A stretch of 64,000 bases of DNA from Iphione sp. A-MEVVRFRX5 (lineage: Eukaryota), in assembly GCA_976226885.1 (NCBI GenBank), contig OZ320319.1, forward strand, positions 68,820,001-68,884,000, read 5' to 3'. The position numbers were made by a program, and so were the translations under genes. Of this stretch, positions 53,378 to 64,000 are shown in pieces (the first letter of the stretch is position 1; each line of letters starts with the position of its first letter). The notes beneath the pieces were generated by a model. That model saw nothing but the letters and a program-made list of their open reading frames with translations, was not told the DNA's origin and did not search any database.

Positions 53378-53821
53378 TCATCTGTATGACACACTTACAT
53401 CTAAAATTACATAGCTGTCGGTTGTGAGGCAAGTATTTGTTCCTGTAGAGTTCAGCAGCGATAGAAGGAGTACTGTTAAGGCCCTCTCTCGAGTGACCCC
53501 TAGAATTGGTACACCATCTTTCGTTGGAGTTGTAGCAGTTCTCTTTCCGAAGCTGTGCAGAGAGTACTTTTCTGGCTGTCTGCCTATCTGCGAGTTAACA
53601 GTTTGAAAGTGTCTGAAAACCTCCAAGTGTAAATAGATGGTTAGAAACTTGATCTGCGAAAAGGCATTGAGAAAATCAAACGTCAAAAACAAACATGGGA
53701 TCAAAGGAATCCTCGATCTTATCATGTCATCCACATACTTTACAAGTCCGTAAGAGATGTTTATTCTGGGTCTACATATACCCCTAGACAGCCAAAAATG
53801 ATCAATTAAGTTCAAATACAT
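53378..53821 (-). pseudogene. Possible highly decayed reverse-transcriptase fragment
   Basis: The 147-aa ORF contains KYVDD followed about 20 aa later by FLNAFSQIKF, loosely like Penelope-type RT (YVDD...LN....IKF). Upstream RT motifs are absent. Confidence 0.15.
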
Positions 53822-55239
53822 AGTATCCGAAGGGATTTTCTCTGGCTCAGTAACTAAATAACTGAGTGTTGACTATTTTTAAGGCTAGTTTTGTATAGAA
53901 TGTATCATCCCTAAAGTGTCCGCAAGGCTATCTGAATTAACCTTATTTACTATTATATATATTGATATCCGCGATAAAACACTGGAGGACATAGAATAAG
54001 ATAGATTCACAGACCCTGCAAGTAGTATTTGCCTGTTATAACAGCCTTCAGGGAGAATCCTGTTTGGGGTCTGTACATATTGCATAAGAAGACATTTCTG
54101 TGTCACTTAGAAATAAATATAAGTAGAGGTGTCCGATATTAAAATGTGTTTAGTGTAAATTTACCCCAAAGGGCTCGATTGCAGGACAAAAGACAACAAC
54201 TGCCTTGTTTCGTGCCCAATGCCAGCCATGTATTAGCCAATAGTAGTAGGTCAAGTTTTTGGTATGATAGTGCAATTCAGATCAAATTTTTCCTTGAAAT
54301 CAGCCTTAGGTAGACACTTATCATAAATGATTTGGTAGTCACGACTGCTATTCACATGTTCAGTTGAAAATATTTGCAACATGTATAGAAAAATACAGAA
54401 AAGGCGATACACGTGATAGTAGTAATCTCTCTTTTCTCTACAATTACTTCCGATCCCAATGACCTGTCCATAACTCAGTTAAATCTCTTCCTAAATGATC
54501 CAAATTTGCCTACCATACCTTTCTGACAGAAATATAGATTAAAACAAGAACTCCCCTTTCAAAGCCACCTGTCCGAAAGGACCTGCATGCTCAGGGAACT
54601 ACAGAATGCTGACATGTTACCTCTAAGCAATTGCATGTCCGCCCACAGTGCCACAGAACATGCCAATGACGAGCCTGCAAAATGTATTTCCAGGTCAATG
54701 TAGGGTCGTTACCAAGGTGATAACATCCCTGGTCAGGCAATGAAAACCAAAATCCTTCGTATGAAAAACATGCACCACATTAAATGCCAACTATGAAATA
54801 TTAGCAATACATGTACCTATACGCATGCAGATATATACATGTATATCTAAATTGGTGGGACGTGGCTAAGACTTTAAAAAAAGTATACATGAATATGTTC
54901 ATATGTGTATTATGCTTATAATGTTCAGCAAGTTTGAAATGAATAAAAAAGTTAATGATTTTTGACCCGTGGTCCATTTGTTTAACCTCCGTGTCACAAT
55001 AGACCTTCCACGCAGACAACAAGCATTAATAGAGATCCATTGTACACTTATTAAGTTAACCCTAAATGTTTTGTCAGCAAATTTTATATATCTATGGAGG
55101 AAGCAATTAGGATTGATGACCATTTCATTTCATTGTATCTTTTACCAGGAATATATTCACCTATCATACAACAGGGATCTTCCATATCCTCCTGGGGTAG
55201 CATACTACCATCTATTGTTGAGAATTCAGAGACTAGAAT

Positions 55240-55442
55240 AGCACAGGTTGTCCCCTACTCTCATTTTGAAAAGGTTTCTGAGGTCTTTTGTGCACAGGGG
55301 ACAGAATCCTATACACCCACTGCCTTTTTATGAGTTGTGGACCACTCTGGGTCTGGGGTGTTGATCAAGAGTCCCAGGCCCAGGATTTAACCTGTGACTT
55401 CACAGTCAGTGGACCAGTGCTCTACCACTGAGCTAACTCCCC
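55240..55442 (-). mobile_element. tRNA-derived SINE
   Basis: Minus strand begins GGGGAGTTAGCTCAGTGGTAGAGCA (A-box, intact D-arm GCTC/GAGC), then a degenerate anticodon arm and the B-box-like GGTTAAATCC. A non-tRNA body follows and has a second copy at 53100-53218. Confidence 0.75.
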
Positions 55443-56621
55443 ACCAAATGCAGGGAAATTTATTCTGGAGGATTCTAGGATTATTCTGGTAAACAGGTCA
55501 CTTTTGATTATTAAAACAACATTGCTCCTGTGGGTTGAGTGCATACATTTAGTCCTGTGCCAAGACTTCTACCACCATACGCAAGTTTTGCTGCTGAACG
55601 TCTTATTTCGTTCTGACTATTGTAACTTTTGGCCAATATCTAGCTTCCTGTTCCAAACGATAGATATATCCACTAGAATACGATGCACCTATGAATGATC
55701 CCAAGTGACGAGGCACCTCGGCATACAGGTTAATGGATTGCCACATTTAAATTTTCACTGCAATAGGCGCAGGCAGTTATAGGCGGGTTCAGTGGTTTAA
55801 GAGATCGAAATTCTGAACACCGTTAGTTTCCTTAAACTGCAAGATAAATTTTGGACTTACGGACTGTGAAATGAAGGTGATTGTATTTCTCAAAAGATCT
55901 TAACCATTCATTGCAATGCTCATGTGACATGTATAAGAAGGCCCACCTGTGCAGCTCCACTGTTAGTCTACTATGCTATGTTTACAAGTTAGTATTAAAT
56001 TTACACATGCATTATCATATAAATGTATGTATGCACACATAGATGATGCTTTTGCCCTATGCATGGCAAAGACCAAAGAGTCCTTTTCTGATGACTGTAA
56101 GTCTCTAGAGAGCCAACTGATGGGAAACTTAACAACGTATCACCATCATATCACCATCAGGGACTCCTCGATCGATTTCTCCTGCTGACAGGACCACCAC
56201 GATTATAAAGTTCTATGACAGGTCTTCAAGCATCCGAGGTCGAACCACAGCGATTGGAAGGAACGAACCGTATCAAAATGTGACAAGTTTTGATTTGACA
56301 TATATTGCCGCTCAAAGAGAATAGCATACATGCCCTATCTGATTCAAGCAACGACACACTTTTTATAGTTGGCAACCTATATTACTGGTTGTGAAGGTGT
56401 GATTTTATGCTCGATTATTTCGCATTTTATTGATTGATACAATAGTTTCAGTATATATATGTGCACTACATTATACAAGTAATTGACGGCGATCTCAGCG
56501 ATAAAAGCTCTGGGACAGGAATTCAGGGAAACTGCGTGATTCCTTTTCGAAAGCACAAATAATAGTAAGCAGGACACAAAGTGCCAAACTGAGGTGCCGC
56601 CTTGCAGCCATGTCATCTTAC

Positions 56622-56850
56622 CTCTTAACGTTTTCCTTTTAGAAGATGGGTGCTTCTTAGTCCGAGATCAAGGGGATCGAGAGGGTGGCGATCTGATGGC
56701 ACCTTGCGAAAGAAAATCTGGGTTATGTTCTGGTTTTTCTCCAAGAGTCCACGTTTTTTGTGTGTGTCTCGGCCGACATCATCTGCTGGTGCGGGTCTCT
56801 CTTCTAAGATGACGCCGGTCTACAGGGGACCAAATCTTATGTTAAAGGTG
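56622..56850 (-). other. Candidate non-coding first exon
   Basis: Donor GAG|GTAAGA at 56621. Upstream CT-rich tract on the minus strand at about 56849-56875. The open frame stops just before the donor. Confidence 0.2.
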
Positions 56851-58884
56851 GGGGAGGAGGGAGGGAGGGAAGAGCGAAAAAGTGTTTGTCAGTTCATGCT
56901 ATTATCGATAAGAGATGAAACAGTAGCAAATCTTGTAGATTTATTTTCTTTCCGTCCCTTTCTAGCCGCCCCAGCCCTTATCTAGAGGTGTTCTCGCTCA
57001 TTCTAAAAATCGACTAGCAAGAGAGAACGCAATGCAATTTTGTCATTTCAGTGACTTCTTCAACTGTATTATCAAGTCTCGGCATTCCTCCCTGTTTAGC
57101 AGGAGAAATTCCGATTTATCAACTTTTATTTGATTTTGGTGCTCAGATGAAGTCTTGAAGGTTGACCAGGACACAAGTTGACCAACTGGACACCAGTTCA
57201 ACCTACCGCTAACCCTGTCCCTTCGACGGCTACTCCGATTTCTCCGAACAGATCTGTTGCATTTGACTAAGAGAAGATGGCAGGTTACAGGTGCTCACTA
57301 CCTAGGACGGTTGTTTCCAATGATTCGGCTAGTTGAGGAATAGCATGCGATTCGCTATACTTATAGATTAGAAGGAAAATCACTGTAATCCCAGCCCTGG
57401 CGTCTACTTTGAGCGGTGTGCGCCCATGTGATAGATTGACCTTACAAGGCAACCATTCACCCATTCATGCGAGGACAATTCAACATCACAGAGGAGTGCT
57501 CACCCCACTTGGTATAGCGATAGAGCTTTTATGTTTTTTTTTTATAAAACTAGATGGTACTTGCTGGGGAACGACTTGATGGTTTTGGTGTTTACAGTTA
57601 TTTTGCTTACGAGTTCGTGAAAAGAGAAAAATGTCTAAAGAACGGTCGACTACAGCTCCGAACAAATAGAAGCAGGCAAAAGAAGTCAGGATGTGCGAGT
57701 TATTTTCTTTCCAGTCAAATTGCTTACAAACGTGCAAACAGTAGATATCAATTATGGTACCATGTTTTGTTTGAAATATAAGAAAATTCCCATCTGTTCA
57801 ATATGTATCGATGTCTAAGCTACTGACAGGCACAACCTGAGAATCCTAAGAGGTTGATGCGTCTGTTTAATCGAGTTAACAATCACGTTTAGAATGGTCC
57901 CTTATATTTAAATTGCATTTCCCTCTTGATCTAAGGCAGGCTGACAGACTAAAGAAAATTGGTTGTTTGCTGGAACGGATCTAATCAGCCTTCTGACAGA
58001 AAGATTGCGCATGGTGAGAAGTGGAAAGAGAGGACAAACAAGCTACAGTGGAACTAAGTGATTGGTGTCTGGCCCTAACTCGCGAGGTCAAAAGGTTGTG
58101 GCCGGACATCGGTCAACAGGCGGATGGCACCGGTTGGATAGTGTGTTTATATGCTGAAAGTGTCGCTGGTTCGATTAATGTCCCTAACGTCTTTCCCAGA
58201 ATTCCTCGGTTCTTTGATGAATACGTCAACAACACATTATAAGACAGCATCTTTCAACAAATAGGCGTTGATGCATAGCTGCAAATCTGGCTTTATGCAT
58301 GTTCCATTGCATAATATACTACAGGTAAAACGTTGACGAATGTATTTATTTACTCTCTTATAGATAAGCATAAAAGAGGTTATTGCTAAGACCTTGCTGG
58401 ATAAATTCAAGTCACAGTCAATTTAAATATAACTCTCATAATAGACAGACCACAGTACAAATACGATCACCATGTCGACAATTTAAAAGTGCACACTACT
58501 ATCTAAAATGCCGCAGTTGAGTGTTTATTTTCAGTGCAATTTCCTTCAACTTGTACCTGTCCTTAAGAGTAATCTCTGAAACAAACGAACACAATTTATT
58601 ATTTAAAAACAACAGTATTGTTTTCATGGTTTTATGCACAAGAAAATAATTAGAATTTAAGAACATCGCACCGCATCAGTTGTTAATCAAGAAATGAAGA
58701 ACTCATATGTCATTTTATTAACTTCTCAGTGAATAATTCCGTCAAATGCTTAAAGTATACGTTAATAGATATGTCATGCATAACCGATTCATGCTGTGCT
58801 GCAGCAACACTTGAACCAAAGATAACTAAGCACTGTATTCACAAAGGTTAGAGGAATTTATAATATTCATGAATACAAAAAGTA

Positions 58885-59058
58885 CAGTGGTCCCTCCCTA
58901 ACCGCTACTTTTGGTTCCTTTATATTTCATCAGATATATTGGAATTGTCAGTTTGGGAAACAGTTTCAGCTGATTTTTCCAATTTTGGTTCCCCCCTGAG
59001 TATATCGGTGAAGCAGCATATATCGGTTATAAAGTCATTGGATACAGGGAGACCAGTG
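58885..59058. mobile_element. Possible decayed Tc1/pogo-type MITE
   Basis: TA followed by CAGTGGTCCCTC is a pogo/Tigger-like start. The inverted match at the right end (AGGGAGACCAGTG) is weak and lacks a clean TA. Confidence 0.25.
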
Positions 59059-62000
59059 AACAGATAATATATTGTTTTCCAAGTAATCAGAGGTAAAACA
59101 AAACTTATCAAGCATAATCACCCTTATTTACCTTGTTGATGGTGCTTACAAAGTCAATTTAGTTGATTGAACAGCTGCAAATTTAAATCTGCAGTTGCCA
59201 GTCATACATCGTCTGGGCAACTCAGAGACATCACGACTCAGAGAAACGAGCGAGGTAGGGAAGATTGATGGTTTAGGTAGACAGAAAAAACCAGGATGGA
59301 AGTCAGTTCAATTTCGGTCTACTGAATGTATCATGAGAGTTGAGTTGAGGAGGGAAGGGGTCACGAGGTGTCTACTTATGTCCCATGTTTTGTTTTTCTT
59401 TATTTGTAGTCTGAACTCCATCTCATCATACACCTAATATAAACCTCAGTCGAGTATGCCTATAGTACGACAAAATAGAAGATATGATTTGAAGGGCTTC
59501 TTCTTCCCCTAAATGAAATACATGCATATATATAAATAAAAATTAATGCGTCAACACCTCTGAGAGAGGCTGTCTACTTAAGTGGGTATACTTAAAAGGA
59601 AATTGATCCCTCTCTTTCCCAGTATCTTTACCCCCCTTCCTTCCTCCCTTCCTTCCTCCAGTGTGTCACTGACCTTTAATCTCGTGGAATTAATGCATTA
59701 CTGTGTTGTGTCGGTGGCGTCATGAAGACAATCCTAATGTCCCGTTTAATTTATACATGTTATTTTTAATTTCTTATGTTGGCCTCATTACAGTTGACAC
59801 ATATGCTACTGCCAGTGATAAATCTGCATCCGGTGCTGACCACCAATACTGCCTCAGCCATCTGACTAGCAGGGTGCACTGGCACTGGTATATTATCTTA
59901 AAGTTATTAAAAACGGCCATATTAAGCATGCAAAGGTATTGAGAGTATTTACATAGTCCTTGTAGGCAGATCGATACCAACATCTTCACTGTTAAACATA
60001 CAACGTGTATTCCCGCATATCCCACATTTGCAATTCAGTGGATGAAGACGGGATTGAAGTCAAGAATATATTGACTTGCGCGATTGTATATGTATACGTA
60101 CTACAAAACGGGAACATCTGTACCAGATAGTGATACTTATCTCCTGATTGAACCATTGGTTCATGTAATCCAAGATGTTCAGGTGTCAAGATGTCCATAT
60201 TGGGACATCTGCAAAATGTATTTTCGACTTTATTGAATACAGTGAATCAAACAGCGAGGTCCTCCACCCGTTATGTATAAGGCTTCCAAACTTAGACCAA
60301 TCCGAAACCATCCTAGCTTTTAGTGACAGATGTGTCCTAGCTCCTAGGTAATATCACAGATGTCTACGTTGCTATGTGCATCACAGATCAGCATGATGTC
60401 ATTTTGCCGATAGTACCAACCAATGCTATCTCCGTTGCCGATCAGCATGCCAAGAGGCAACGCTTTATTTGCCCAAAATTCAGTTTTGTAGAATGCACTC
60501 TCCTTCTGGGAACCCAACTCGCCCAAATGTGACCAGATTATCAAAGAACCGGGAGTACATGTATACCAGCAGTTCGCTTGTGTCTAGGAAACACTCCCTC
60601 CGTTGATATTTCCCTTATGAAATTAACATAATTATTTTATGAGATTTGCAAGTGGATGCTTTTCATGAGTCTACAATTGTCGAATGTCAACGATATCACT
60701 GCTAGCTTATTGGTATTTGTAACTTGCATGGGTGTACAGTGTTCATTCTCGCATTAAGAGAAACGAGTTTTCTTTGCGAGTTCAACGTTCCCTTTGGCTT
60801 GGATGTCAACTACACACAAATAAAAATGTTGGCGGAAGCCACCATTACCATCTGGCCTGAGATCGATTGCCTATGTCCTTCAACGACCCTGGAGTTGGGT
60901 TGGTGTTGACATGTCAAAGAGGAACAAGGCATATCGTGTTACTAAGGCACTTCTCACTCAGGCTAAGTAAAGCCTAAGAGACGGTTCGGACCCAGCTGTC
61001 ACTGAGCACATGCAAGACATTATACTGAGCATCTACGGGATCACAAGATATTTAGAAGTGTTAGTACTATTATGCCTTCCCAGTACATCCACGAAACAAT
61101 GTGACTGGCAGCTATGTGTGCTCTATGTTTGCCGGCTACGGCAGATGCCTCAGGCTTCCCTTGTGGCCATCAGTGATCTCAACGCTGAGGCTGACAAGAA
61201 TGTACCATCTACATGTATGTCCCGGACGCCCATTCCTCACAATATATAGAGCTTTTTCATGTCGCTCTCATATGGCCACAAAACCGGGTCAGTTACGTTT
61301 CTATTCAGATGAAGCTGCTTAAAATTTACTGACTTTCGGGTTGAAATCCATTATCTTCTTGTATCCATACGCGGGTTAACCTGCCAACAGTGGAACATGG
61401 GACACCTGGGTAGGGACATAGTATGTCTGTTTTGTCCCGCATGTTGCACCTATACATCCAAAAGCATAAAAATGCATACATGGAAAGAGTGCCTACCCAT
61501 ATATCTCCTTCCAGATCCCATCAAAGCACCACTGCTTGAGGGTCCAGATGAGCTCATAACATTGGCCCTAACACCACATGAGGTAACCAACACCCTGAGG
61601 TCGCCACCTATTTGTGTTGTTTATAGTGGGTAGGACCTAGCTCCTGTATTCATCCCATTTGGCTCTCCGTGCAGTGGAGTAGATGTATTTTCAGATCATC
61701 CTGCAGGACCAAGGCCACCACGTTTAATATACATATGTTATATCTGCCAATACGTCATGAATTGGCGGCATTACAATATCAGCATTTTGAGGGGATTCGG
61801 TCTGACAGTAGCTGCCATTTATGCGTACCAAGAAGTAGATTATCACCCACGGGCAACTAATAGCGTCACTTGACATCCATATCATCCTCGCTATGATTTT
61901 TCGTATCCCATCTTACAATGTAAATCTTATACCGCTTTCATCTACGGTAGCAGCCTTATGCAGAGGCAGATTGCACGATGCAGACATGCTCCGAGATAAA

Positions 62001-64000
62001 AACAATGCCATGATCAGCGTTCACCCTCTCTAATTTCCTGCTGTGTTTGATCTGATGTTGTGCCTCTCCATGCGTCATTGGATGCATGCAAGTCCACGTA
62101 CCCCTTCAACCCATGCCCTTTAGTCTGATTGACTATTATGTGGTGACCATAAAGTTGATAGCCAAAGCATTCAAACACGTTATCGTACTCTCTAGGCTCT
62201 AGGTACAATGAGAGAATATCTGCTGCTATATATCAACGTATTCGCTGCCTGTGAAGCCCAACAGATCACAGACGCTTGCTACTGGCCCTCGAGCAACGGT
62301 TTTAAGAACATTTACATGAGAGACACATTTAAGAGGTCTTGCATGTCCTTAAACGAACAGCCTCGACAGTGTTCATTCTTGTTCATTTTAATGTCCCCAT
62401 ATACGTGTATCTATTCATTAAAATGATAGATATTGTAGTCAAAGCTTCGCCATTGTTTGCCACATATAGTGGCACTTAGGGAGGAATGGACTTCACATGT
62501 CGTCCGTTCGATCATTGCATGCCAAGGGTGCCACTTCATTACTGCTGGCACCTATTAGGCACATGCGATAAATTCTCACATTCAAGTGCCCTCACATGTA
62601 GCCCAGCTCTCTTACTGGATCATTATTTACCTTGGCACTCACTTCACCTATTGACTTGTAAAATATTCATTAATATTGCCTTCTGGCAGTACTTAATTTC
62701 ATTTGCATCTTTATGATTTTCACTTTCATTGTAAATGTACATATATACACGTATTCAACATTAGACTAGAGAAAGAAGAGAAAATTGTATAGGTAAATAT
62801 ATAATACATCTACAAGTTTAAACTTCGCGCACATGTATTAATAGTGAGAGATTCCCACGTCTATTGCAAACCTTCTCTTTTTAGCTTAAGTTGATCTCAT
62901 GGGAAACATGACTCACAGGCTGGCAGACTGTAGTAAACCCACGAGGAGCGTGTTCAAAGAAGGCAAATCTAAGCACGCACATTAGACAATATATCTGATT
63001 AATGAAATGAAGTCGCTGTTGATAAATCGAATCGTACCCTAATCTCATTATCCTTGAACCGCATGTTGTCAGAGGATGCGTGGCTCCTCCTGGTGGTGGG
63101 GGGACGGAGAAAAAGGAGCAGCGCCACCTTATACTCTTATCGCAATCGCGTTTATTGGGCACGAGATAAGGCGTGAGTTCGATCGATAAGTAGGCCGTGA
63201 TTGGGATTATGTTAAATCCAACAGTTGCTCCCCTAGCACTCAACCGAGGTTTTACAAAGAGGGGTTCGGGTGCCGAGAGAACATAATGCCATTCCCTGAA
63301 TGTCTGGCGTCCTTTCAGCGACAGACGAGAATGATTTCTTTACTGGATGGAAAAGAATGACATGTTGCTACAACGCCATCATTACTGGGTCATGCCACCC
63401 TAGGAAAAAAATCTGTCTGAAGTGTGAAGTCGCTCCCTGGTGGTCAGCTTTGTTCCCATCTGACTTGGTTAGAAGAGATGAACAATATGGACATGCATTT
63501 GGTCATACACATATACAGGTAATAGGCAACTATTGTTTAATTTTCACTCCAAGAGCTTGTTTTCCTTTTATGTCTAGGATGCCATAGGCTTGGTAACTGT
63601 CTGCAATGTTTGTTATATTAGTTCTCATTAGTCATGTCTATTAAACTGTGGAGGGCTGACATGTCAGTTGCATGGCTCCCCACAGATTGCTGGAGTGCAT
63701 GGCTTTCAATGTTTTTACCACTTTCTATGATACCTCTCCTTGCTTAATTGGGATTATACAACTTGGGCACTTTATTGATCTCTTGGTGAGTAGCTCATGG
63801 TGGTTAGCATTTGGGATTGTATGGGTTGGAGGGTGGTTGGGGGCACAGGTAAACTGGATATTTTACTACTTGCCGAACGTTTACTTGCCATAGCTCATTC
63901 CCAAGAACATTACCTTTCTTATGAACTTTCAATTGGTGCAGCAGAACTAGAGAAACAGGCCCTAAGGACACTGACAGTCTGCAATCTGTCACATGTGATG

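Noticed and set aside
55370-55442. Functional tRNA gene
   Set aside because: The anticodon arm and acceptor stem are degenerate and the head runs into a repeated body, so it is called a SINE.
57383-57395. CTGTAATCCCAGC, an Alu-like 13-mer
   Set aside because: No other Alu sequence flanks it, so this is chance.
1-64000. The supplied six-frame ORFs as prokaryote-style genes or an operon
   Set aside because: All are 151 aa or shorter, many start at TTG/GTG, they overlap at random on both strands, and none has a convincing domain. The DNA is eukaryotic non-coding in character.

Overview
Eukaryotic (animal) genomic DNA, roughly 40-43% GC by eye. The repeat style and TACATGTA enrichment suggest an invertebrate deuterostome such as amphioxus, but this is an inference I could not verify. 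I recognise no protein-coding gene, rRNA, intact tRNA, CRISPR array or operon-like structure. The longest ORF is 151 aa, and two of the three longest ORFs simply read through tandem repeats. The window looks like a gene desert or one or more very large introns. It contains: (i) non-autonomous DNA transposons (a PIF/Harbinger-type MITE family with 3-bp TSDs in 2-3 copies, a MITE with a 5-bp TSD, and an orphan transposon end); (ii) a tRNA-derived SINE with a second partial copy; (iii) several tandem duplications and minisatellites; (iv) a series of CpG-rich, motif-dense islands that look like promoters or conserved enhancers, separated by CpG-depleted patches; (v) some speculative short exons, mostly on the minus strand. 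I found no convincing novel multi-gene system. The best leads are the roughly tenfold TACATGTA enrichment, the 5-bp-TSD MITE, a possible minus-strand multi-exon transcript, and two weak protein-motif resemblances (rhodanese/MKP-like and Pin1-WW-like) that may be chance.
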